Assembly: GCA_028826165.1 (NCBI GenBank)
Contig: JAPDFW010000074.1
Span: 248,001 to 312,000, forward strand
Direction: 5' to 3'
Source: Anaeramoeba ignava BMAN
Taxonomy: Eukaryota > Protista > Anaeramoebae
Length of the DNA stretch: 64,000 bases
Shown piece after piece: positions 1-12,511 of this stretch; positions within the stretch are counted from its first letter, which is position 1, and the number at the start of each line of letters is the position of its first letter. The translations under genes were made by a program, and so were the position numbers. The notes below the pieces were generated by a model, which worked only from the letters and a program-made list of their open reading frames with translations, was not told where the DNA came from and made no database searches.

Positions 1-2760
1 AGATCCAAAAAATCGAGTCTAAAATAGCTTGAACTTATGTCCAAATAAGTTAAATTGCGCATCTCATCAAAAAAAGAATCTGAGAAGAAAGTGGTTGATA
101 AATCACTTGATTTCGCGCTTGATAATTCAAGTTTCTTTAATTGCGAGAGGTTGTGGAATTGCAACGGATCAAACGAGCAACCAGATAAATTAAGAGAAGT
201 TAAATTTGGCATTTTTTCAAAAAGTGGATTAAAATTTGTTTGCGAAAAACTTGAATGAAGATATAATTCAGTGATATTTTCAAAAACATCCAGTTTGCTC
301 CATTGCAATATTTGTTCTGAATCAAGATGAAATCTTTCCAGTGATAAAACCTGTAGATTTGTGAGATTTGCGATTTGGGGAAATAAGTTAAAAGTTGCAT
401 AATCTCTTAATTTTGTTAATTTAAGTGAAGTTAAGTTTGTACATGATTTCAAAAACAAAAATTCATCGTGTTGAGAAATTAGTTGATCATCTTCCATCAC
501 CAATTCCTTTATTGAGGATTCCTCGAGCAAATTGCAAGCGCAATCAAACCATATTTTAGGTGGTCTGTGCATATTTAAATATTGTAAATTCTTGCAATTT
601 AGTAACGGTGATAAACAATCTTTTTCAATTGAGTTCATGCAACTTGATAAATAAATTTGTTTCAAAAAATTATTCTTTGAAATTTTTGTTAGTTCTTGTT
701 TTGTTGGTTTTGAAACTTGTATTGTTCTCACAAGAAATGGATCCAATGCCAATCTTGCCCATTTTTTACAAACTAAAGCAATTGATTTTAAATTGTAATG
801 TGGAATAAAACCGAATATGTATTGAATAATCTTTTTAAACAATCAAAAACAAAAAAAAAACAAAGATTGAAATATTATTATTAAATCCAAGTCAATTATA
901 TTAATTATTAAATTATATTTATACTTCTTCTGGAAGTAATTCATTGATTAGTGAAGTTTCGTTATCAATAAAATCACTTATTGAATTTTCCATTTCTATA
1001 TTTTCATTTTCTATGCAATCTGCGTTTGAAATTTCTTTAAATTCGTAAATTGGATTTTGGATAATTTGTTTATTTAAATCAATATGATTTTTATTTAAAT
1101 TATTTTCCATTTCCATTTCCATTTCCATTTCAATTTCCATTTCAATTTGATTTTGATTTTTATTTTGATTTAAATTATTTTCCATTTCAATTTGATTTTC
1201 AATTTGATTTTGATTTTCATTTTCAATTTGATTTTGATTTTCATTTTGAATTTGAATTTGATTTAAATTATTTTCAATTTGGTTTTCATTTTGATTTTGA
1301 ATTTCATTTTCAATTTGATTTTCAATTTGATTTTGATTTTCATTTTCATTTTCATTTTCATTTTGATTTTCAATTTCAATTTGATTTAAATTATTTTCAA
1401 TTTGATTTTGATTTTGATTTTGATTTTGATTTTCAATTTCAATTTCAATTTCATTTTGATTTTGAATTTCAATTTGATTTTCAATTTGATTTTCAATTTG
1501 ATTTTGAATTTGATTTTCAATTTGATTTTGAATTTGATTTTGATTTTGATTTTCAATTTGATTTTGAATTTGATTTTCAATTTCAATTTGATTTAAATTA
1601 TTTTCAATTTGATTTTGATTTTGATTTTCAATTTGATTTTGATTTTCAATTTGATTTTCATTTTCAATTTGATTTTGAATTTGATTTTGATTTTCAATTT
1701 CAATTTGATTTTGAATTTGATTTTCAATTTGATTTTCAATTTCAATTTGATTTTGGTTTTCAATTTCATTTTGATTTTGATTTTCAATTTGATTTTCAAT
1801 TTGATTTTCAATTTGATTTTCAATTTCAATTTGATTTTGAATTTCATTTTCAATTTGAATTTGATTTTGATTTTGAATTTGATTTAAATTATTTTCAATT
1901 TGGTTTTCATTTTGATTTTGAATTTCATTTTCATTTTGATTTTCATTTTGATTTTCATTTTGATTTTGATTTTCAATTTCATTTTCATTTTCATTTTGAT
2001 TTTCATTTTCATTTTCAATTTGATTTTGATTTTCAATTTGATTTTCATTTTCAATTTGATTTTGAATTTGAATTTGATTTTGATTTTCAATTTGATTTTG
2101 ATTTTGATTTTGAATTTGATTTTGATTTTGATTTAGATTTTGAATTTGATTTTCATTTTGATTTTGATTTTGATTTTGGTTTTCAATTTCATTTTGATTT
2201 TGATTTTCAATTTGATTTTCATTTTGAATTTGATTTAAATTATTTTCAATTTCAATTTGATTTTGAATTTCATTTTCATTTTGATTTTCATTTTGATTTT
2301 GATTTTCAATTTCATTTTCATTTTCAATTTGATTTTCATTTTGATTTTGATTTTCATTTTCATTTTCATTTTCAATTTGATTTTGATTTTCATTTTGATT
2401 TTCATTTTCAATTTGATTTTCATTTTGATTTTGATTTTCATTTTCATTTTCATTTTCAATTTGATTTTGATTTTGATTTTGATTTTCATTTTCAATTTGA
2501 TTTTGAATTTGATTTTGATTTTCAATTTCAATTTGATTTTGAATTTGATTTTGAATTTGATTTTCATTTTGATTTAAATTATTTTCAATTTGATTTTGAT
2601 TTTGATTTTGATTTTGATTTTGAATTTGATTTTGATTTTGATTTTGATTTTGGTTTTGATTTTGATTTAGATTTTGATTTTGATTTTGATTTTCATTTTC
2701 ATTTTGATTTTGATTTTGATTTTGAATTTGATTTAAATTATTTTCATTTAAATCATTCAT
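1..2760 (-). CDS. F-box/leucine-rich-repeat protein with very long N/Q/E/I low-complexity N-terminus (exon 1 2760-925, intron 924-831, exon 2 830-<1; runs off the window)
   Basis: ORF 919..2760 ends LLPEE|GT. A phase-0 GT-AG intron joins it to [28 protein letters not shown], an F-box consensus. The same frame reads [19 protein letters not shown] (LRR-like) at the window edge. Confidence 0.8.
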
Positions 2761-2857
2761 TAAAAGAAAAAAGAAAAAAGAAAAAAATGAAATTTATTTT
2801 TTTTCATTTTTTTTTTAAATTTTTTTTATTAAATTTTTTTGGAAAATCAAAATAAAA

Positions 2858-3103
2858 ATGAACACAAATGAAACAACTGAAACTGTTTTAAGAAATAATG
2901 AAAAACAAGATTTAGAAGATAAAGATGAATCAACATTAATTCAAAAATTAGAATCAAGTGACGATTATGATCCAATTCTTTCACCAAAAAAAGCAATTAA
3001 AAACATGAATTTTTGTTTAGCACAAAAAATAATTATTTTTTTTGCATTTTTAAGTGTGATTATTTTTATAATAGTTATTGCAATTAGAGCACTTATGGAA
3101 TAA
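2858..3103 (+). CDS. Small protein with C-terminal transmembrane helix, function unknown
   Basis: 81-aa ORF with hydrophobic C-terminus IIIFFAFLSVIIFIIVIAI; TCATTTT motif upstream of the ATG. Confidence 0.6.
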   Translation: MNTNETTETVLRNNEKQDLEDKDESTLIQKLESSDDYDPILSPKKAIKNMNFCLAQKIIIFFAFLSVIIFIIVIAIRALME

Positions 3104-3207
3104 AAGAAAATTTTGAATTAATTTTGAATTGAAAAATTTTTTTTTAAATTGAAAAATTCTTTTAAAAAAAAAAAAAACGGAAAAAAATTTATTTATTAAT
3201 TAATTTA

Positions 3208-6200
3208 TTAATTAAGATCTGTTGATAAAATTTCAACTGATAATTTTTCAAATCTATCAAGAAGAAAACTTTTAAATTCATTAAATTTTTCAGATGATTT
3301 TAAATAAAATGGTGGATCATTTGAAAGTTCAAGAAGAATATTAATAACAGGTTTTCCCATTTGAGAAGGAAAAGCAAAAGCCATATCAACAATACCATCA
3401 ACAAGATCTCTTACATTTAATTCACTTGTTTCTGTAATTAATAAATCTCTAACTTTATCTGGAATCATCATTGAAACATGAAGACTTTTTTATTAAAATT
3501 AAAATTCATTTTGAAAATTAAAATTAAAATTAAAATTCATTTTGAAAATTAAAATCAATATTAATATTAAAATTAAAATTCATTTTGAAAATTATAATTA
3601 AAATTAAAATTAAAATTATAATTAAAATTATAATTAAAATTATAATTAAAATTAAAATTAATATTGAAATTAAAATTATAATTAAAATTATAATTAAAAT
3701 TAAAATTCATTTTGAAAATTAAAATTAAAATTCATTTTGAAAATTATAATTAAAATTCATTTTGAAAATTAAAATCAATATTAATATTAAAAAGATTTAC
3801 GCTTGAGGAGTTGGATATTTTTTAGCAAGATAACCACAAAAACGAGTTGCAAAAATAAATTTTTCATTATCATTAAGTAATTCAGGTATAAAATCAAAAC
3901 AAACATGAATTGAAGGAATATGTTCAACAGCAAGTTCAAGAGCATCTCTTGAATACATTTGAAAATGAACCAATTTAACAAGAACAGAATCTTCAATAAA
4001 CATATTATGAATAAATTGAAAAACTTTAATCATTGATTCATTAATTTCTGAAACAAAATCAATATTTTCTGAATTTTTTTGTTCATTCATTTTTTTTGCA
4101 TTTAAAATAACTTCAATAAGTGATTGAAAAACTAAACTGTTTTGTATTAAAATTGTTGTTTCTAATTGCTCTTTTTTATCTTCTTTCCCTGTACCTTCTA
4201 TTATTGATACTTCTCTCATCATTTTTTGTGATCCTGATAAATATTGCCATAATATTTCTAAAATAATTCCAACAATAAATGGATTTCTAAAAATTTCTCC
4301 TTCTCGGAAACAATCAAAAATTATTAATGGATTTTTCATTAAATCATCATTTCTTATTTTGTGATTTGCTCTTTGATATTTTTTAAATTAAATAATTTAA
4401 AATTTTATAAATATTTTTATAATTTAAAATTTTATATTTAATTTTATAAATAATTTTATAAATAATCTACTTCTTGTTTGATTGAAGTTCATTCACTAAA
4501 TAAACTGATGCTTCCAATGAAAAAAGATCAAAATGAACTCTCCAAATTTTTGCTAAATATTTTTCAATTTCTTTTTGAAATTGTTTGTTGAATGAAATTT
4601 TTGATTGTTGATTCGGATAAAATAAAATTAAAGAAATTAAAGAAGAAATTATAACATCTTTTGTTTCTTTAAATAAGGAAATTGGTTGAATCAAATAATT
4701 TTCAAGAACTTTTAAAAGAAATGAAAATGATGAATATAGTAAAAAAATTTTAGATATTTTTTGTTTTTAAATTTAAAAAAAAATAATGAAGAAAATATCA
4801 TACAAGAAATTACTAAAAGTGGATTTTGAAAAGCATAATCAATATCTAAAATTGTTTTAATTGTTTGTGTTGAAAAGTCATTATCATTTTTTTGGAAAAG
4901 TTTATAAACAGAAAAGGAATCATGATTTGAAGTTTTAAGTAAAAAATTTTTTCGAAGAAGTTCTTCAACTCCAAACAAATAAGGAAATAAAGATAAAGCT
5001 TTAGAAGACATTCTCGAGAATAAAATTTCAAAAGATTCATGGTTTTGATTCATTAATTTTGTATTTAACCAAAATATAACTTGTGCAAATGGAAGCGAAT
5101 TGATAAAATTATTTGAATATCCAAGTTTTGAAATTTCTTTTCGAATGTTTGTTTGATTTTTGTTTGATTCGAAAGAACAAAGATAATAAAGAAAGAGAAC
5201 CTGTGATGCAGTAAAATCATGAGAAGAAGATTGTTCGAATTCTTGTAGAATAACTGATTCAGGAATTCGAGATGATATTTGCTTAAAAATACTTTGATTT
5301 TGATTTTAAATTTTAAATTTTAAATTTTGGATTTTGAATTTTGAAAATACCTTTGAATATATCGATCAATAACATCTATAAACCATAAATTAACAGGAAA
5401 TTTTGATAATTGAATCTTTTTCACAATCCAATTAGAAACATCAACAGCATTTTGTGCAAATGGATGATTTAATAATAAACGAATAACTTTAAATTCAAAA
5501 GCATCTTCTTGAGAAGAAATTGTAGTAGAAACATCCTAATAAAAAAGAAATGGAAAAAGAAATTTCAATTTAATTTAATTTAATTTAATTTGATTTAATT
5601 TACAATCTTATCTAAAAATTTTATGAATCCCTTTTGAGTAATATATTCTTTGCTAAATAAATTTTGTGAAATAAACACTTTCCCAAATTCAATTAAATCT
5701 TGTTCAAGAATTCCTGCTCCAATTATAGATGATTGAGGTTTTTTCTCAATTAATTGTTGAGTTTCTTGAGATAAAAGAGAACGAATAATTTTGATAACTT
5801 CCTGATATTTTTCATGATGAAAATAAAGAGCAGTGCAAATAAGTACATCAGGACATTCTCCATAATCTAATAAATATGAAATTGTATTTCTAAATTCATT
5901 TCTATCAATCAATCCCCACATTCTACAATTTAATACTAAGAAACATAGAATTAACTCAGAAGTTCTTTGAAATATTTAAATTAAAAATTAAAAATTAAAA
6001 ATTAAAAATGATCTTTTTTTTTTTCTACCTTCTTGAAAAACCAACTAAACTTGGAGTTATTAAATCAATAATTTCAATTAATTTGTGACGATTTAAAATG
6101 ATAATTGAGGAGAAAATTGCTCTGCAAAAAACTGAAAATTGAAAACAAAAATCTCCAATTTCAGTTCCAGAATTTGCATTTTTAGTGGATTGAAAAACTG

Positions 6201-7268
6201 AATCTAAAATATTATTAATGAATTTTGTAAAAAGTTCTTTTCTTTCTGGAAATTGTAAATTTTGAGTAGAAATTGTATGTATTTTAGTATTTTGAATTGA
6301 ATTTTCTTCCTTTGTCATTGCTTGAATAAGTTTAACAATCCAAGAATATTTCGAATCCAAAAGAATTTGTGATAAAAAGAAGAGCTAGAAATGCAAATAT
6401 AAATATTTTAAATATAAATATAAATATTTTAAATATAAATATAAATACTTCATCATGTAATAAATTAATTGTAATATAAAAAATTGAATCAGGCCATATT
6501 TGTAAATCAAGATATAATTTTCGAAGATCTCTTTTTTGGGATTCATCACAACAAGTTTCTGCAATGTATTCTACAATCCTTTGCAGTATTGTTGATTGTT
6601 TTTTTGTATAACTTTCATTGAATTGAACTTCTTTGATTAATCTTTCAATTTCAAGAATATCAAATTTAGAATTAATACTGATGATAACTGAGAAAAAAAT
6701 TGAACATTCTGGATTTGATAACAAAAGAAAAGATTTGATTATATTATGAATTGAGAGATTTAAACGAAGAAATATAGTACAAAGCATCAAGCTTGATTCT
6801 CTAAGAAATAATTTTTCATTTAATATTTGAACTTTATTATTTCCTTTAAAAAGTGATCCTAATTCTGAGGCAACTAATCTAAAATAATTTAAATTTGATT
6901 TAAACAGAAATTTGATTTAAATTAAAATAATTTGACAAATACAAAATTTGTTCTTCAGGATTAGAGCTAATAAATTTATCTAAAATATCTTCTTCAATTT
7001 CAATTTCAATTTCAATTTCATTTAAATTTTCATTTTCAATTTCATTTTCATTTTCAAATTTAGATTGAAAATTTTTATAAGAAAAACAATTTGAGATTTT
7101 TTTAATATCCGTTTCAAATAATTGATTTAATAAAATTGATTCAAATTTATTATTTTCTTTTTGAAAAATATTATAAATTTTAAGATTTTCTTCTTGATTT
7201 AAATTTGTATCACAAAATTGATTAACAAGTTTAGGAAGATTTAAATCAAAATTTAAAGGATTAATCAT
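3208..7268 (-). CDS. INTS2: Integrator complex subunit 2 homologue, multi-exon (internal exon boundaries not all resolved)
   Basis: Series of same-strand ORF pieces separated by AT-rich introns. FIHNMFIEDSVLVKLVHFQMYSRDALELAVEHIPSIHVCFDFIPELL matches the conserved INTS2 C-terminal motif (KLVHFQGY...IPSMHICLDFIPEL). Confidence 0.8.
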
Positions 7269-7435
7269 TTTTTTTTTAATTATTTAAAAGAGAAAGAAAA
7301 AAAATGAATTTTAAAAAAATTGAAAAATGAAAAAATTTTTTTGACTTTGAAATGAAAAAAAAAAATTGAATTAAAAAATTTTTTGACTTTGAAAATCATT
7401 TTTCATTTTTTTCTTTTTTTTTTAAATAATTTAAA

Positions 7436-10400
7436 ATGGAATTATTTTCTGAATATCAAGATTTAAAAAAAATAGGACAAGGAACTTATGGAATTGTTTA
7501 TAAAGGTAAATTTTATTTTAAAAAAATAAATCAAAAATTTTTAAATTTAAATTTTTTTTTATTATTTATTTTTAGCTAAAAAAAAATTAACTGGAGAAAC
7601 AGTTGCTCTTAAAGATATTCGTTTAGAAAGTGAAAGTGATGGAGTTCCACCAACTGCAATAAGAGAAATATCTCTTCTTAAAGATTTAAATCATCCAAAT
7701 ATTGTTAGACTTTATGATGTTATTAGTTCGGAAAAAAAACTTACTTTAGTTTTTGAATATTTAAAACAAGATTTAAAAAAATATATTGATTCAACTATTG
7801 GTGAAATTCCTCCTATTCAAATTAAAGTATTTTTACTACTTCAAATCCAAATTTATTTATAAAATTATTTATAAAATTATTTATAAAATTAATTATAAAA
7901 TTAATTATAAAATTAAATATAAAATTATTTATAAAATTATTAATAAAATTAAATATAAAATTAATTATAAAATTATTTATAAAATTATTTATAAAATTAA
8001 TTATAAAATTATTTATAAAATTAATTATAAAATTATTTATAAAATTATTTATAAAATTATTTATTAAATTAAATATAAAATTAATTATAAAATTAAATAT
8101 AAAATTATTTATAAAATTAAATATAAAATTAATTATAAAATTAAATATAAAATTAAATATAGAATTATTTATAAAATTAATTATAAAATTATTTATTAAA
8201 ATTAAATATAAAATTAATTATAAAATTATTTATAAAATTAATTATAAAATTAATTATAAAATTAAATATAAAATTATTTATAAAATTAATTATAAAATTA
8301 ATTATAAAATTATTTATAAAATTATTTATAAAATTAAATATAAAATTATTTATAAAATTATTTATAAAATTAAATATAAAATTATTTATAAAATTATTTA
8401 TAAAATTAAATATAAAATTATTTATAAAATTATTTATAAAATTATTTATAAAATTATTTATAAAATTATTTATAAAATTAATTATAAATTAAATATAAAA
8501 TTATTTATAAAATTAAAATATAAAAATTATTTATAAAATTATTTATAAAATTATTTATTAAATTAGTTTATAAAATTAAATATAAAATTATTTATAAAAT
8601 TATTTATAAAATTATTTATAAAATTAAATATAAAATTATTTATAAAATTATTTATAAAATTATTTATAAAATTATTAATAAATTTATTATAAAATTAAAT
8701 ATAAAATTAAATATAAAAATTAAATATAAAATTATTTATAAAATTAAATATAAAATTATTTATTAAATTATTTATAAAATTATTTATAAAATTATTTATT
8801 AAATTAAATATAAAATTATTTATAAAAAAATATAAAAATATAAAATTATTTATTTTATAAAATTAAATATAAAATTATTTATAAAATTATTTATAAAATT
8901 AAATATAAAATTATTTATAAAATTAAATATAAAATTATTTATAAAATTAAATATAAAATTAATTATAAAATTAAATATAAAATTATTTATAAAATTATTT
9001 ATTAAATTATTTAGAAAATTATTTATAAAATTATTTATAAAAATTAATTATAAAATTAAATATAAAATTATTTATAAAATTAAATATAAAATTAATTATA
9101 AAATTAAATATAAAATTAAATATAAAATTATTTATAAAATTATTTATAAAATTAAATAGAAAATTATTTATAAAATTATTTATAAAATTATTTATAAAAT
9201 TATTTATAAAATTATTTATAAAATTAATTATAAAATTATTTATAAAATTATTTATAAAATTATTTATAAAACTTTTTTTAGTCTTTTTTATTCCAAATTT
9301 TAAAAGGAATTTCTTTTTGTCATGAACAAAAAGTTCTTCATCGAGATTTAAAACCACAAAATTTATTAATAAATAAAAAAGGAGAATTAAAACTTGCAGA
9401 TTTTGGATTAGCAAGAACATTTGGAATTCCTGTTGCTTCATTTTCTAAAGATGTTGTAACTCTTTGGTATAGATCACCTGATGTTTTATTAGGAAATTTA
9501 AGATATGGACCTGGTAAATTAATTCAATATTTATCTATTTATATATATATATTTATATATTTATATATTTATATATTTATCAAGTTTATATTTATATATT
9601 TATCAAGTTTATATTTATCAAGTTTATATTTATCAAGTTTATATTTATCAAGTTTATATATTTATATTTATCAAGTTTATATTTATATATTTATATATTT
9701 ATCAAGTTTATATTTATATTTATATTTATATTTATATTTATCAAGTTTATATTTATCAAGTTTATATTTATATATTTATCAAGTTTATATTTATATATTT
9801 ATCAAAGTTTATATTTATATTTATCAAGTTTATATTTATCAAGTTTATATTTATATTTATATTTATCTATTTAAATATTTATATTTATATTTATATTTAT
9901 CAAGTTTATATTTATCAAGTTTATATTTATATTTATCAAGTTTATATTTATCAAAATTATATTTATATTTTATATTTTATATTTATATTTTATATTTATA
10001 TTTATATTTTATATTTATATTTATATTTTATATTTATATTTATATTTTTATATTTAATTTATGTTTATATTTATTTTATATTTATATTTATATTTATATT
10101 TATATTTTTATATTTATATTTATATTTTATATTTTATATTTATATTTATATTTTATTTATATTTTATATTTATATTTATATTTATATTTATATTTATATT
10201 TATATTTATATTTATATTTATATTTATATTTATATTTATATTTATATTTATATTTATATTTATATTTATATTTATATTTATATTTATATTTATATTTTAT
10301 ATTTATCAAGTTTATATTTTTATATTTAATTTATAAGTTTATATTTATATTTATATTTATATTTATATTTATATTTATATTTATATTTATATATTTATAT

Positions 10401-11171
10401 TTATAATAAGTTTATATTTATATTTATATTTATATATTTATCAAGTTTATATTTATATTTATATTTATATTTATATTTATATATTTATATATTTATCAAG
10501 TTTATATTTATATATTTATATTTATATTTATATTTATATCTATATTTATATTTATATTTATATTTATATTTATATTTATATTTAATTTTATTTTAAATAT
10601 TTATATTTATATTTATATTTATATTTATATTTATATTTATATTTATATTTATATTTATATTTATATTTATATTTATATTTATATTTATATTTATATTTAT
10701 ATTTATCGAATTTAATTTTATTTTAAATATTTATATATTTGTAAAATTTTTAGCAATTGATATTTGGTCTGCAGGTTGTATTTTTGCAGAAATGTATCTT
10801 AAACAACCTTTATTTCGTGGAAGTAATCCAAAAAATCAATTAAAAAAAATATTTAAGAAACTTGGAACACCAACAAAAGATACTTGGCCATCAGTTTATC
10901 AATTAGAAGATTTTGATGAAAAAGAATTTTCAGGTTTTCCAATAAGAAATATTGAAGAAATTATTCCAAAAATAAAAGATCAAAATGCACTTGATCTTCT
11001 TTATGTATTTTTTTTTTGATTTTAATGAATTAATTTAAAATTAAATTTGGATAAAAAATTAAATTAAATTAAATTAAATTTTAATAGAGAATGCTTCAAT
11101 GTAATCCTCATAGAAGAATTAGTGCAAAAGAAGCTTTAAGTCATCCTTATTTTAATAATATGAAAAAATAA
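7436..11171 (+). CDS. Cyclin-dependent kinase, CDK5/Pho85-like (exons 7436-7505, 7576-7826, 9282-9513, 10754-11004, 11088-11171)
   Basis: Spliced translation gives [63 protein letters not shown] and [13 protein letters not shown]. All four introns are GT-AG. Confidence 0.92.
7827..9281 (+). repeat. Intronic ~12-bp AT minisatellite (ATAAAATTATTT / ATAAAATTAAAT variants) filling CDK intron 2
   Basis: Directly visible tandem repeat of about 1.4 kb between GT and AG. Confidence 0.9.
9514..10753 (+). repeat. Intronic (TATATT)n / TTTATCAAG microsatellite filling CDK intron 3
   Basis: Directly visible tandem repeat between GT and AG. Confidence 0.9.
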
Positions 11172-11259
11172 TTTTACAAAAAACAAAATCAAAATAAAGA
11201 AAAATATAAAATTAAAAAATTTTAAAAGGAAATTTTAGTAATAATATTATTTATTTTTT

Positions 11260-12384
11260 TTACCAAGAAGAAAAATCATTTAATTGATTAGAAGATTTTA
11301 AAATTTTTTTTCTTTTTGAATCAAAAAACAAATCATTTGAATTAAAAGGAAGATTTGAATTAATTATTTGTGTATAAAAAGAATCATTAACATTTCTTTT
11401 AGTTCTATCATTTTCATTTTTTAATTTTTCATTTAATTTTTCATTTGATTTTTCATTTGATTTTTCATTTGGTTTTTCATTTTCATTTGATTTTTCATTT
11501 TCATTTGGTTTCTCATTCGGATTTGAAAACCATTTTCCTTTCACTTCTAATTTTTTATCTAATTCTTTAACATCATTTTTCAAATCATTTTCAGATTGAA
11601 TAACTTTTTCAACTTCATCAAAAGGATCAAAAAAAACTTGAGTTTTTTCAATTTTAATCAATTTTTTTGGAAAGTCATTTTTATCAGTTTGAATTTTTTG
11701 AATTTGCTGAAGAACTTGGAATCCACCGACTAAAAGACCAAAAACAGTATGTTTATCATCAAGATGAGGAGCAGGAGAAAAGAGGATAAAAAATTGAGAG
11801 CGGTTTGTATTTTTGCCACTGTTTGCCATTGACAAAATTCCTTGTCGATCATGTCTTAATTTTTCATTAAATTCATCGACAAAAGGCGTACCCCAAATTG
11901 AAGAGCCACCGAAGCCATTTCCTAAGGGGTCGCCGCCTTGTACCATGAAGCCCTTGATGAGACGATGAAAAATTGTGTTATCAAAATAATTGTTTTTGCA
12001 GTGTTGAATGAAATTTTGACAGGCAAGAGGAGCAACTTCACAAAATAATTTAAAATTTAAATTTCCAAAATTAGTTTCTAAAGTAACAAATCCATTTCCT
12101 TTAACTCTTTTCATTTTCTCATGCATTTTCTGCTTGATTTCTTCAGGTAAAGGCTCATGTCGTTTGGTTGTTGTCTCCATTACACTTGATGTTAATGAAG
12201 CTGATAGTATTTTTTTGCTTGGATTTGATGAATATAATATTTCTCCTTTGCTTCTTCCATATTTTTTTTCTCCTTTTGTTTTTTGATCCTCTTTTTCTTG
12301 CTCGGTTTTTTCAAGTTCAGCAAGCGCTCTTCTCATTGTGCTTGTCATTCTTATTTTATTATATTTCTCATTAAGTTCTGTCAT
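11260..12384 (-). CDS. PPIL2: Cyclophilin-type peptidyl-prolyl isomerase, PPIL2/Cyp60-like, lacking the N-terminal U-box region
   Basis: Cyclophilin motifs FHRLIKGFMVQGGDP, LSMANSGKNTNRSQFFI and HLDDKHTVFG. The upstream SASLTSSVM segment resembles the PPIL2 linker (ASFTSTAM). Confidence 0.75.
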   Translation of the reverse strand: MTELNEKYNKIRMTSTMRRALAELEKTEQEKEDQKTKGEKKYGRSKGEILYSSNPSKKILSASLTSSVMETTTKRHEPLPEEIKQKMHEKMKRVKGNGFVTLETNFGNLNFKLFCEVAPLACQNFIQHCKNNYFDNTIFHRLIKGFMVQGGDPLGNGFGGSSIWGTPFVDEFNEKLRHDRQGILSMANSGKNTNRSQFFILFSPAPHLDDKHTVFGLLVGGFQVLQQIQKIQTDKNDFPKKLIKIEKTQVFFDPFDEVEKVIQSENDLKNDVKELDKKLEVKGKWFSNPNEKPNENEKSNENEKPNEKSNEKSNEKLNEKLKNENDRTKRNVNDSFYTQIINSNLPFNSNDLFFDSKRKKILKSSNQLNDFSSW

Positions 12385-12511
12385 TTTGAAAAAAAAAATG
12401 AAAATGAAAAAAATGAAAAATGAAAAAATGAAAAAAAATTTTTGAAATCGGAAAAAAATTTTTTAAAAATATTCTTTTTGTTTTTTAAAAAAAAAATAAA
12501 AATAATCCAAT

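Noticed and set aside
1386-2577. Overlapping poly-IL/KI ORFs on both strands
   Set aside because: Alternative-frame translations of the hexamer repeat; only the N/Q/E frame connects to the F-box exon.
7786-10336. ORFs 7786..8067, 9031..9441 and 10061..10336
   Set aside because: Translations of intronic satellites or antisense of CDK exons.
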